Shown here in pieces: positions 27,684-37,024 of a stretch of 64,000 nt of DNA. The position numbers and the translations under genes are program-made. Source of the stretch: an uncultured delta proteobacterium (GTDB lineage: Bacteria; Desulfobacterota; Desulfomonilia; Desulfomonilales; Desulfomonilaceae). Numbering within the stretch: position 1 is the first letter of the stretch; each line of letters opens with the position of its first letter. The DNA lies in contig CAWCTI010000018.1 in the NCBI GenBank assembly GCA_963798475.1, positions 140,976 through 204,975 on the forward strand. The letters run 5' to 3'. The notes under the pieces are model-generated. The model worked only from the letters and a program-made list of their open reading frames with translations, had not been told where the DNA came from and did not search any database.

Positions 27684-30600
27684 TCAGCGCAAGATCTTCA
27701 GGTCGAATGCGGCTATGGAGTACAGCACAGGAACAATCAACAAGGTGACAAACGTCGCAACCATCAGGCCTCCGATCTGTGCGTAACAGAGTGGCTCCCA
27801 AAGGGGGCCTCCGTGCGTGGCCAGCGGGACGAGGGCTATCACGGTCGCAGCAACAGTGATTGCCACTGGCCGAAGCCGCATAATACCTGCATCTAGTAGC
27901 GCCGTGCGCAGGTCTTCGCCTTCTTCGAGCTTTTCCTCAATGAAATCAAACAACACGATAATGTGACTGACAATGACACCAATCAGACTAATGACGCCCA
28001 GAAAAGCCATGAACCCAAATGGCGAACCGGTGACCGCCAGGGCGGTAAAAGCCCCGGCCATACCATACGGTAGAGCGGAAAACACGATAAAAGGTTTTAT
28101 CGCGCTCCTGAATTGGAACACTAGCGCCAGAAAAATGGAAACCACGGAAATCATGAGAATCACTTTCATCTGGTCAAAACCTTTGACCTGTTCCTCATAT
28201 TCTCCGCCGATCTGGACCGTGTACCCGGGCGGAAGAGAATTCTTGAACTCTTCCAGTTTAGGGATAAATGCGCTTGTCACCTCCGAAGGCAGAACTCCCG
28301 GAACAGGAAAACAGGATACGGTTATTGTCCGGAACTGATTGCGGCGCTCAATTCTCTCCGTTTCCATTCCGTATTCGATGTTCGAAATTTGCCCCAAGGG
28401 AACTTTTTGGCTGCCCTCGGCTGCATACACGTACAAATTTTCGATGTCGCCAATGGCAGACCTTTCTTCCATGCGCAGACGGGCCACCACAGGAATCGTC
28501 AAGCGCCCTTCCCTGAGGTTCGTGACCTCAAAGCCGTTCAAGGCAGCGGAAGAAGACCGGGCGACATCCATGTTGGTGACACCAGCAAGATTGGCTTTAT
28601 CCGGGTTAATCTTGAGCCTAGCCTGGAATATCTCGGTGCCCCAATTATCCCTTGTGCGATAAGCATTGGGCATGGAGCGAAAAATGTCCTTGAGTTTCTC
28701 AGCCGAAGCTCGCAGGGTACTCATATCCTCACCGGAAAGCCGAATCTGCACAGGCAATCCAACAGGCGGTCCTGTTTCCAACTGTCGCATGTCAACCCGC
28801 ACTCCAGGCAGTCGGGCCATCAAGGCTTTCTGGAACTGATCCACAATAAGGTTGGTCAAGTGCTTGTCTCGAACTTCAATGAGTATCTGTGCATAATTCG
28901 CCTGAGATAGTTCCGGCTCCACAGAGAACCAGAACCGTGGACCTCCTCCTCCGACAAATGTGGTCAGGCATTTGAGCGCCTCCATCGGTTTGCCGTTCTT
29001 GTCAGGATGCTTCGCGCCGAAGTCTGCAGCAGCTTTGACGAGCAAGTCTTCAGCCGTCTTGGCGGCTTCATCTGTGGTCATGATGGATGCGTCTTCCGGC
29101 AGCCAAAGGTCGACGTAGGACAAGTACGAAAGATCCTTTGGGAAAAATTGCGGTTTTAGCTGCGATTGAACCCAGAAACCCGTGACTACAGGTACCAACG
29201 AAATCAATAGAGCTTTCCAACGGTTGTCGATCAGGAAACTGCCCACTCTGTAGTACATTCCATAAAATCCCCTGGTCCGTAGCTCCTCCATCGAAAAAGC
29301 GGGTTTCTTGCGCGGTCGGAGCAAATAATACCCAACAAAAGGAACGAAAGTCCTGGATACAATGTAGGATGCCACCAAAGAACACGTGATTACTATCGGC
29401 AGAGTGTAAAGAAAGCGGCCCGTGTCTCCCGTCAGCAGTAAGAACGGCAAGTACGCTACAATGTTAGTGATAGTCGCATATAGGATGGCTTTGGCCAGCT
29501 TGGTAGGTCCTACCCAGGAAGCCACTTCAAGCGGCTGGCCATGATCGAGTTCCTGTTTTATAGCATCGTTGGCCACCACGGGATAATCCACCAGAAGCCC
29601 CAACGCTATGATAAGGGAAGCGATGGAAATCTGTTGGAGATCCACGTTCAAGAAATACATCATACCGAATGTCATGGCCAGGGTAATCGGTATTGATATT
29701 GCCATGAGAAGAGCAGACCGCCACTCCCAGAATCCTATTAACGCTACGATGACGACTAAGATTACAGCCTCGTACAGGCTGCGCATGAACAGATTCACGT
29801 TTTCTCGAACCTGAAGGGGTTGGTCGGAAGTGCGCTCGGTTATGAGATCTTCCGGCAGGCGCCGCTTGACCCTTTCAAGAGCCGAGTCCACATCCTTTGA
29901 AAACCTGCCAATCTGCTCTCCGGAGCGCATGGTCACCGCCAGGGTAATTGCACGCAGTCGCTGCCAATTTCCCTGGGTATCGCGACGGATGAGGTAGTTC
30001 AGGTTCTGCGCCGGGGTCTCGTATCCTCTGCTCATCTCCACCAGATCCCGGAGATAGGTTCCTGCGCCTGAATTGGTAGAGCTTATAAGAGTTCCCCCCA
30101 GTTCTCTTTCGCTTTTGAATTCGCCTGAGGGGTCTACGATCAGGTTTTTGCCCTCAAATTCGAGCATCCCTCCGGGAAGGATCACATTGCGCGCGCCGAG
30201 AATGTCTTTTATTCTCGATGGCTGGAGTCCATACGAAGCAAGCCGTTCCTGAGAATATTCAAGAAATACCGTCTCTCGTTGAACTCCCCATCTGGTCACT
30301 TTGGAAACAATCGGAACCGCATTGAGTGTGCGGGCGATTTCATCCGTGAAGGCTTCCAAATCCCGCAAGCTGTATTTACTGCCTGAGGACGCGGCAAGCT
30401 TTACTCGCGCTGACTGTGGGTCACGAACTATGACCGCCGGTTTCCATGTGTCCGGGCTGATTTCCGAGGCGTGCAATTCCTCATGGACAAATGCCCACAT
30501 CTCTCTCGCTAGCTCTGTGTCATCCAGGGTCGTAGTGAGGTCGAGCACCGACAATCCGGAACCGTTGTATACAAGGACATCTTTGGCAATCCCTTTTCGT

Positions 30601-31256
30601 GTCCAAAGCTTGCGAAGAAGTTCAATCTTCCGCTCAGCCTCCCTGCTATCCGGGAGGTTTGGAAAAATCACCGCCAAGCTTACGCGGTCGCCCTTTTCTG
30701 GTTTTGGAGCCTGAGAGCGGAGCTCGCGAATTACGGTTTCCAGTTCTCTCGCGCGTAGGTCAATTTCCACGTCTCCGACCTTCGGGGAGGCTACGGTGAG
30801 CATGAGCGTAGCCGTGTCACCGAAGTCTTTGATAAAGACAATCGGCCCCGCTCCTTCCGGGAGATCCTTTATTCCGGCGAGCTTCAGGTTGATGTCGTCA
30901 AAGATTTCGCCAGACTCCTTGACGCTTTCGACTAATTTGACCTTCACGACAGACAGACCAGTCCGGGACGTGGATTCAATCCGTTCTACTTTTTCGTTTT
31001 CTGCTATTTTTGAATCGATCTTTCGAGTGACCAACTCTTCGACTTTTTCCGCTTTCACTCCAGGCCACGGGCACAGGGCGACGGCCACTCGTACTGGAAT
31101 TTCAGGGTCTTTACGCTGAGGCATTCGGCAATAACCGTAAACTCCCAAGGCCAGAACGGCCACGAGGAGCACCCAGGAAATCTGCCTGTTCTCAACAAAA
31201 AACCTTGACACATTATGCGTGTTAGTGATCAGGTCTTCGTCTTTCATGTGCTTCAT
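27684..31256 (-). CDS. RND-superfamily efflux transporter permease (AcrB-like, 1190 aa)
   Basis: Two-fold 1+5 TM arrangement with two large periplasmic loops. N-terminus is SRFFVENRQISWVLLVAVLALGVYGY. It follows the adaptor gene after 12 nt. Confidence 0.9.
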   Translation of the reverse strand: MKHMKDEDLITNTHNVSRFFVENRQISWVLLVAVLALGVYGYCRMPQRKDPEIPVRVAVALCPWPGVKAEKVEELVTRKIDSKIAENEKVERIESTSRTGLSVVKVKLVESVKESGEIFDDINLKLAGIKDLPEGAGPIVFIKDFGDTATLMLTVASPKVGDVEIDLRARELETVIRELRSQAPKPEKGDRVSLAVIFPNLPDSREAERKIELLRKLWTRKGIAKDVLVYNGSGLSVLDLTTTLDDTELAREMWAFVHEELHASEISPDTWKPAVIVRDPQSARVKLAASSGSKYSLRDLEAFTDEIARTLNAVPIVSKVTRWGVQRETVFLEYSQERLASYGLQPSRIKDILGARNVILPGGMLEFEGKNLIVDPSGEFKSERELGGTLISSTNSGAGTYLRDLVEMSRGYETPAQNLNYLIRRDTQGNWQRLRAITLAVTMRSGEQIGRFSKDVDSALERVKRRLPEDLITERTSDQPLQVRENVNLFMRSLYEAVILVVIVALIGFWEWRSALLMAISIPITLAMTFGMMYFLNVDLQQISIASLIIALGLLVDYPVVANDAIKQELDHGQPLEVASWVGPTKLAKAILYATITNIVAYLPFLLLTGDTGRFLYTLPIVITCSLVASYIVSRTFVPFVGYYLLRPRKKPAFSMEELRTRGFYGMYYRVGSFLIDNRWKALLISLVPVVTGFWVQSQLKPQFFPKDLSYLSYVDLWLPEDASIMTTDEAAKTAEDLLVKAAADFGAKHPDKNGKPMEALKCLTTFVGGGGPRFWFSVEPELSQANYAQILIEVRDKHLTNLIVDQFQKALMARLPGVRVDMRQLETGPPVGLPVQIRLSGEDMSTLRASAEKLKDIFRSMPNAYRTRDNWGTEIFQARLKINPDKANLAGVTNMDVARSSSAALNGFEVTNLREGRLTIPVVARLRMEERSAIGDIENLYVYAAEGSQKVPLGQISNIEYGMETERIERRNQFRTITVSCFPVPGVLPSEVTSAFIPKLEEFKNSLPPGYTVQIGGEYEEQVKGFDQMKVILMISVVSIFLALVFQFRSAIKPFIVFSALPYGMAGAFTALAVTGSPFGFMAFLGVISLIGVIVSHIIVLFDFIEEKLEEGEDLRTALLDAGIMRLRPVAITVAATVIALVPLATHGGPLWEPLCYAQIGGLMVATFVTLLIVPVLYSIAAFDLKILR

Positions 31257-31268
31257 GTGAATAGCTCT

Positions 31269-32408
31269 CTATTGTATTACATCCACAGGACATCCGTCAG
31301 ACAGCATGGTGGCTCCCGTGGTTACTATCTGTTCACCTGTCACAAGCCCGTGAAGGATGACGACTTTGTTTCCAAAAACTCTGCCAATTGAAACCTTGCG
31401 GCCGCGGGCAATATAACTGTCACCCTGTTTCTCAAGAACGAAAACCATATATCCTTGAGGATCTGAGGGAGGACGAACGACCGCATGAAGCGGTATCATG
31501 GGTCCAGCAACCTCTGGTCCGGTTCCTGCCAACTTCACTGTCCCTATCATGCCGTCCTTGAGTTCGAGATCCGGATTAGGAACAGTGATTTCCACGTCGA
31601 AGACCCGACTTCGCTGGTCTGCAGATGGGGAAACCGCTGTAATGATTCCATTGAATTCCTTGTTCTGGAGAGCCTCCACCGTAATGGTAAGACTATTTCC
31701 GGGCTTAACCTCTTTGAGCAGATAATCGGGGACGCCGACCACCGCCTTCACCGAACTGAGATCCTCCAAAAGAAAAGCCTTCGTTCCCGAAGCCACAAGG
31801 GTTCCCCGCTCCACAAACCGGTTTACCATCAAAGCGTCGAGAGGAGATCGAAGAACAGTGTCGTGCAAGTCAATCTTTGCTTGTTCCACTTGAGACTCGG
31901 CGCCAGTCACGCGGGCCCGTGCAACGTCAAGTTTTTCTTTGTACTTATCGAATTCGTTTTTGGACAGAGCGTCCTCTTTAAACAACGTTTCGTACCGTCC
32001 GAATTCCCGGATGGCCTGCCACATGGACGCTTTGGCCTCTTCAAGGGAAGAATTGGCATGGTTGAGCTTCGCTTGATAGTCGGTGTCCCGAATGCGGGCG
32101 AGAATTGCGGATTTCTCGACTCGATCGCCCTTCTGCACGTCCCGGAGCGCTCCATCTGGTCCAGGGAGCTTGAGAATATCTTCGACGTAGCCCCCTACTT
32201 TAAAGGCTAGATTAACCTGTTCTCGAGGGATCAAGGTGGCAGAGTACTTCAAACCTGCTGCCGGTAAGGCGGCAGTAACCATTTGAACCTTCACCGGAAT
32301 CGGTGGTTTCTCAAAGGATTCCTTTTTGGAGCATCCTGCGACTGCCCAAAATGCTGCAATCAACCCTATTGTCACTGCATGTCGAAATACGAACCTTGAC
32401 ATGTTCAT
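31269..32408 (-). CDS. RND efflux periplasmic adaptor (membrane fusion lipoprotein)
   Basis: Start placed at MNMSRFVF (gagg RBS). Lipobox is AVAGC. Lipoyl/beta-barrel motifs GDRVEKSAILARI and SPLDALMV. The longer track ORF (to 32609) would overlap the upstream gene. Confidence 0.88.
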   Translation of the reverse strand: MNMSRFVFRHAVTIGLIAAFWAVAGCSKKESFEKPPIPVKVQMVTAALPAAGLKYSATLIPREQVNLAFKVGGYVEDILKLPGPDGALRDVQKGDRVEKSAILARIRDTDYQAKLNHANSSLEEAKASMWQAIREFGRYETLFKEDALSKNEFDKYKEKLDVARARVTGAESQVEQAKIDLHDTVLRSPLDALMVNRFVERGTLVASGTKAFLLEDLSSVKAVVGVPDYLLKEVKPGNSLTITVEALQNKEFNGIITAVSPSADQRSRVFDVEITVPNPDLELKDGMIGTVKLAGTGPEVAGPMIPLHAVVRPPSDPQGYMVFVLEKQGDSYIARGRKVSIGRVFGNKVVILHGLVTGEQIVTTGATMLSDGCPVDVIQ

Positions 32409-32605
32409 AGGTAACCTCGAAAGCGCTAAAAATACAGACTCAAGATTTGCAACCCGATTTGCGTTCCGAATGAGCGTCCAGTATGGTCCCCAAGACCCCT
32501 CCGGAGACGCAGGACAATCGATGCTTTTCTTACTCTTAATAGAGGCCCTGTCACTATAGAGGAGAAGGCTCAGTCGACGACGTAATCTTCTCCTGGAGCT
32601 TTCTC

Positions 32606-33253
32606 TCAACCAAAGAGTTTCTTGAAAGCCTGCTTGATCTGGGACATGCCGTTCGAGAGTTCGTTTTCAAAGGTTGCGGTTTTGTCCCTGGCCATTTGTT
32701 TCTTTTCCTCAATCTGCTGTTTATAGCGTTTGATTTTATCAATTAGAGCTCTCTTTTCATACTCAAACTTGTCCTTGGCGCCGTTCTTTTTCGTTTCAAA
32801 TTGAATGGCCAAGAACTCCATCTCAACTTCAACTCCAATGGCAGCTCGGATGAACTCTCTTGCGGCCGTTCGTAAGGATTCCTCCATGGCTTGACCTGCT
32901 GTCTGCAATTGCCGGTCAACAGTGGTTTCGAGCGTGGCGATTGAACGTTGAATCTTTTCTCTCTGCGCTTCGAATGAACCTCTCGCCTCTGCCTTACCCA
33001 ACGCCAGTTGGACCCGCAACTCGTCGAACCTGGCCTGAATTTCGGTTTTCTTTTCGTCAGCAAGCCCTTTGACCTTCACGATTTCTGACTTGAACCCGTC
33101 CAAGGTCTCGTTCAGTCGTTTTTTCCGAACCTCGAGTTCTTCTATGGCCTGCTCTTTGGATAATTGCAGTTGTGCCTCGATCGCTGTAGCGCTGGCTTCC
33201 CATTTGTCCAACTTGGTCTTGATGTCTTCCCTGATTTCCTTAATCTTTGACAT
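32606..33253 (-). CDS. 215-aa all-helical/coiled-coil protein of unknown function (paralogue B)
   Basis: ATG 33253 is preceded by aggagag. Same length as 3368..4015 and aligns to it without gaps. Shared blocks are WEASATA, LALGKAE, EMEFLAIQFE, YEKRALI and GMSQIK.AFKKL. Confidence 0.8.
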   Translation of the reverse strand: MSKIKEIREDIKTKLDKWEASATAIEAQLQLSKEQAIEELEVRKKRLNETLDGFKSEIVKVKGLADEKKTEIQARFDELRVQLALGKAEARGSFEAQREKIQRSIATLETTVDRQLQTAGQAMEESLRTAAREFIRAAIGVEVEMEFLAIQFETKKNGAKDKFEYEKRALIDKIKRYKQQIEEKKQMARDKTATFENELSNGMSQIKQAFKKLFG

Positions 33254-33524
33254 TGCATTCTCTCCTGCAAATTTCATTTGTAAGGCGGTCTTGCCTCCGC
33301 CACGTGTTTAATGGCCTATTTGGGCGTCCTTACTACGCCCAAGCCACCATTGTGGCCCAACTTGCCATTATCAATCCATCGATCCGGTTATCAGATTTCA
33401 TGATCAACCTCCTGGCGATACGAGCGGGACATCGCCCGTGTTCCCGCCTCGAGTCTTCTCTTGATGCCTCAGTAGGACACTACGCAAAGTCGGAATGCTG
33501 CCCAGTTTGCCTTGATTACCATTC

Positions 33525-34166
33525 TCACGTGCTCATCACCCCCCTGAGAAAAATGTCTCTGACACTTGATAACTCGTCTCCCTTTCGGAATCCGGCAGGG
33601 TCTTCATTCATCTGGAAGAGAAAAGTGAGGATGATTCCGTAAAGCGCCAGAGCCATGTGGCGAGGATCGCCGTCGCGGAAGACTTTCGCTTTGATACCCC
33701 TCTCAAAGATCGAGGCCAATTTGTTGAGGTATTGGTCGCGAGCTTTGTGAAGAACTGGTTCGTAAACGGGCCCTACGTGAATGTGAGCCGAGTTATAGAA
33801 CAGGCGCACGAACGGCAGGTTGTCAAAAAACAGCTCCCGATGGATGGCGATACATTTATCTATCGCTCGTACAGGATCCCGTTCCTGTTCTAGGGCCTGT
33901 AAAACAGTGTGGTGCCACTTTTGTGCCATCTGCAGAATAAGAGATTTGTACAAATCCTCCTTACTACTGAAGAATTTGTATAACGTTCCCATCCCAAACT
34001 CTGCCTCTTTCGCAATGTCTTGCATGGGAACGTTCGGATAACTCTTCTCTGAGAAGAGCCTTAGCGCGGTCTTGAGTATCTCATCTCGCTGCTGGAGGTT
34101 TAGCCGCTCGCGACGTGGAAGGTTTTCAGCTGTTTTGTCGGTCGTGCGAAGAAGAGGATAGCTCAT
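33525..34166 (-). CDS. TetR/AcrR family transcriptional regulator
   Basis: TetR_N HTH: ILKTALRLFSEKSYPNVPMQDIAKEAEFGMGTLYKFFSSKEDLY. Confidence 0.88.
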   Translation of the reverse strand: MSYPLLRTTDKTAENLPRRERLNLQQRDEILKTALRLFSEKSYPNVPMQDIAKEAEFGMGTLYKFFSSKEDLYKSLILQMAQKWHHTVLQALEQERDPVRAIDKCIAIHRELFFDNLPFVRLFYNSAHIHVGPVYEPVLHKARDQYLNKLASIFERGIKAKVFRDGDPRHMALALYGIILTFLFQMNEDPAGFRKGDELSSVRDIFLRGVMST

Positions 34167-34180
34167 TTATTCCTCCACGC

Positions 34181-34224
34181 TCTGAATATGAATCAGGAAC
34201 TGAACCATATTCAGAATATGAATC
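34181..34224 (-). promoter_or_regulatory. repeat cluster just upstream of the TetR gene RBS (candidate operator)
   Basis: Direct 11-mers GAATATGAATC at 34184-34194 and 34214-34224. Inverted pair tctgaatat (34181-89) / atattcaga (34207-15). The RBS (cctcc) is at 34172-34176. Confidence 0.35.
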
Positions 34225-34264
34225 CCCTTCAGACAAATGTCAAGAAGAAAATTTTGTCGTTTTC

Positions 34265-34287
34265 AAAAAAAACCGCGATAACCGCGG
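34265..34287 (-). terminator. possible intrinsic terminator of the MerR/TetR gene
   Basis: The minus strand reads ccgcg-gttat-cgcgg followed by T8. The stem is only 5 bp. Confidence 0.35.
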
Positions 34288-34619
34288 CGCCTGGAGTAAA
34301 GGAATACCGGCTTGATCAAGAGCAGCATCTGAGTGCGATTCACTTGCCGTCGGTCTGTCGGCGGAACGCTCGTGAGGACAATTGATGATTGTCCTGTCAC
34401 CTCAGCATCGACGCTGGTCGGATTACGGGGTTCCCGGCAGCGGAAGTTTCGTTGGAGTTTAAGCGATGATACTGTGAACGTTCGAAGAATAGATCTTTAT
34501 TTTCTGAATTAACCTACCACCAATATGGAATCCCTCAACCCTTGCCCTGTCAATTGTTTTAGACATTGTTTTAGACAAAATGAGGTATACTCATTTCAGT
34601 CCATTTGGATCTCTTTTGG

Positions 34620-35495
34620 TCAGTTTTCCGGAGTTGTCGCTTTGGTCATGAAATCAACCACGAAAGTTATAATATCCTCGAAGGTATATTTGTTGTCTAT
34701 CATCATTCTGAGTGACATGACCTCTATTATGCCTGTTAAAGCATAGGCCAGCAGATCCGGATCCATTATCCGATACACTCCTGAATCAATCCCCTTCTGA
34801 ATGTCCTTGATCACCGGCCTCGTCAAGTCGTGATAAGCTTTCTTAATCTTCTCTTGGGGCCACTTGTCCTCACTCGCCATTTCGGCGCGCAACTGGTTCA
34901 GTATCTCGTTGTATTTTGAATAGTTTTCGTAGAACACCCGACCGCGCAAAACCATCCTCTTTTGAATATCTTCTTCAGCAATTATGGCTTTGGCCGCCTC
35001 GCCCAAGATAGTGCGGAAAACATGGTCAACCACTTCCACGAAGAGGTCGCGTTTGTTTCCGAAATAGATGTAGAACGTGCCCGTGGAGATGCCGAGAGCG
35101 TTGGTGATGTCCTGCACTCTTGTCCGATGGTAACCTTTCTGCGAGAAGATTTGTACGGCCGCCTCAACTATGCTGTGCCGTCTGGAGTCTTTTGCCTTGG
35201 TGGTTCTGGCCACATCCCGCTTGTCCGTGGCCACCTTAATCGGGCCCCCATATCCCTCTTGATCCAAAACGGCAATCTTTTCCCTGAGCAAGGCAAGGGG
35301 CATTCGGATATTCGCTTTGATCTCTTGAATATCCTGAAGGCGCTTGAGGTGGCTTTCATCGTAATACGCCATAGTTCGCCCTGTCTTGCTGGGCGGATGC
35401 AGAATACCTTGCCGCAAATAGAAATGTATGGTGGTTCGCGGCATTCCCGATTTTTCTTCTAAATCTTTTATGCGCATCAGAGTTACATCGTGCAT
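34620..35495 (-). CDS. dual-HTH transcriptional regulator: N-terminal MerR-type HTH fused to a complete TetR-type regulator
   Basis: MerR HTH is MRIKDLEEKSGMPRTTIHFYLRQGILHPP...YYDESHLKRLQDIQ. TetR_N is IVEAAVQIFSQKGYHRTRVQDITNALGISTGTFYIYFGNKRDLF. Confidence 0.85.
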   Translation of the reverse strand: MHDVTLMRIKDLEEKSGMPRTTIHFYLRQGILHPPSKTGRTMAYYDESHLKRLQDIQEIKANIRMPLALLREKIAVLDQEGYGGPIKVATDKRDVARTTKAKDSRRHSIVEAAVQIFSQKGYHRTRVQDITNALGISTGTFYIYFGNKRDLFVEVVDHVFRTILGEAAKAIIAEEDIQKRMVLRGRVFYENYSKYNEILNQLRAEMASEDKWPQEKIKKAYHDLTRPVIKDIQKGIDSGVYRIMDPDLLAYALTGIIEVMSLRMMIDNKYTFEDIITFVVDFMTKATTPEN

Positions 35496-35505
35496 GATTC
35501 CTCCG

Positions 35506-35516
35506 AACTGTAGAGT
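35506..35516. repeat. 11-mer AACTGTAGAGT, copy 1 (in the 5' leader of the MerR/TetR gene)
   Basis: An identical 11-mer recurs at 35674-35684, inside the predicted divergent promoter. Confidence 0.5.
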
Positions 35517-35659
35517 TAAGATCTATAGACTGATATCATTTCTTCTGCTCTTTTCATGGGCTGTAATGTGGCGAATCAGGTTCACCGTCTGGTATCTGGC
35601 CTGTGTTATCAGCGTTTTATGACAGTTCACCCAATCTGAGCTTTCTTTTACAATTGATA

Positions 35660-35689
35660 TTGACACCGCGTTAAACTGTAGAGTATCGT
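35660..35689 (+). promoter_or_regulatory. candidate sigma-70 promoter of the catabolic operon with an embedded repeat
   Basis: TTGACA (35660-65), an 18-nt spacer, then TATCGT (35684-89). The spacer contains copy 2 of AACTGTAGAGT. It lies 150 nt upstream of ATG 35840. Confidence 0.35.
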
Positions 35690-35839
35690 TAGAAACGAGG
35701 CGTCATGTAGTGATCTCTAGACTAGTTGTGTTCAAGATTTTTGTCAACACTAAACGGTCAAATCAAAAGAAACAGGAAAAATCCAAACCATCAACCGCAA
35801 AATTGTGCGGTCAAAGCCTGAAAGGACGAAAGAGCAAAC

Positions 35840-37024
35840 ATGGGTAAAGGAACTCTGGCCATTGTAGGATTTGGTGAGGTTCCCACCGGCATCTACCCGA
35901 ATCGATCTCGGTGGGACATTCTCTATGAAACTTGTATTCAGGCGGTTGGTAGCTCCGGCCTTCACAAGAACGATATTGAAGCCGTGATAACTGTGGCGCC
36001 TCAAGCCCAACCTAGGCTGACTGCAGAGATTTCTTTCGGAAAAATTCCCGAGGAATTGGGCTTGAAGGGCTGCAAGGATGTGTGCATCTGCAACGCTGGC
36101 GGGGCATCGACCTCGAACTGTCTGCGCCTTTCCGAACAGTTCATCAAGAGCGGCGCCGCGAAAGCAGTTCTGATCCCGCACGTGACAGTGCATTCCACTA
36201 TTCCCATGGATGAGCTTATCAACTTCTTCGCCCAGGCCGGCATGGATCTCCAGTGGGAATACCCTTTTGGAACAACTTACAACGGCATAATCGCAATGAT
36301 GACAAGGCGATACATGTACGAGTCAGGAGCCACACCAGAGGAAATGGCGTCTGTGGTCGTCTCCATGCGCAAATGGGCCACCCTGGACCCAAATTCGATG
36401 TTCTATCAGAAAGAAGTCCCTTCCATTGAGAAGGTTTTATCATCCTCATTTGTGGCCGACCCACTTCACAAACGAGAGTGCAACGTACTGGCGGATGGCG
36501 GCGCGGCCCTGGTAGTCACCTCAGCGGAGTTGGCGGCACAAGTTAGCGATACGCCGGTTTACAAGTTGGGAGAAGGCGCGGCCTTCTTCACAGCGTGTAC
36601 CGTATTGAGAGACAGCGATCAAACAAAGGAAGGCTTTCGTCGCTCAGGGGAACATGCTTTAGCTGAGGCTGGGCTGAACAAGGAGGATATCGACATTTGG
36701 AACATCTATTTGGCCTATCCGTTTGGTCATCCGATCATGATGGAGGCCATGGGGCTTTGCGAGCCGGGGCAAGGATGCAAAGCGTTCTTTGAAAAACGCA
36801 CTTGGCCCGGCGGTGAACTGCCCTGGTCTCCGATCGGCGACGCGCTCGGCCGAGGCCACACGGGTTCCGGAGTGAGCATGGCGACCTACGTGGAGACGGC
36901 GCGTCAACTCATGGGTAAGGCAGGCGATCGTCAGGTGCAGAACGTCAGGTTCGTGTTTCAAAACACCTCTGGCGGTTCGGGAATGAACAACATCGCGAGT
37001 GTATGGGGGAGGGAGTTACAATGA
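35840..37024 (+). CDS. thiolase-like protein (SCP-x/non-specific lipid-transfer-type thiolase family)
   Basis: About 390 aa with a thiolase fold pattern (candidate active-site Cys in ICNAGGAS, GHPIMMEAMG, GGSGMNN). Coupled to a DUF35 gene by an ATGA overlap, as in DUF35/thiolase pairs. Confidence 0.8.
   Translation: MGKGTLAIVGFGEVPTGIYPNRSRWDILYETCIQAVGSSGLHKNDIEAVITVAPQAQPRLTAEISFGKIPEELGLKGCKDVCICNAGGASTSNCLRLSEQFIKSGAAKAVLIPHVTVHSTIPMDELINFFAQAGMDLQWEYPFGTTYNGIIAMMTRRYMYESGATPEEMASVVVSMRKWATLDPNSMFYQKEVPSIEKVLSSSFVADPLHKRECNVLADGGAALVVTSAELAAQVSDTPVYKLGEGAAFFTACTVLRDSDQTKEGFRRSGEHALAEAGLNKEDIDIWNIYLAYPFGHPIMMEAMGLCEPGQGCKAFFEKRTWPGGELPWSPIGDALGRGHTGSGVSMATYVETARQLMGKAGDRQVQNVRFVFQNTSGGSGMNNIASVWGRELQ

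Noticed and set aside
34553-34576. Tandem 12-mer ttgttttagaca x2 just downstream of the MerR/TetR gene
   Set aside because: There are only two copies and no obvious function. It is noted because it sits 10 nt from the boundary of the segment duplicated at 9095..9254, but that may be coincidence.
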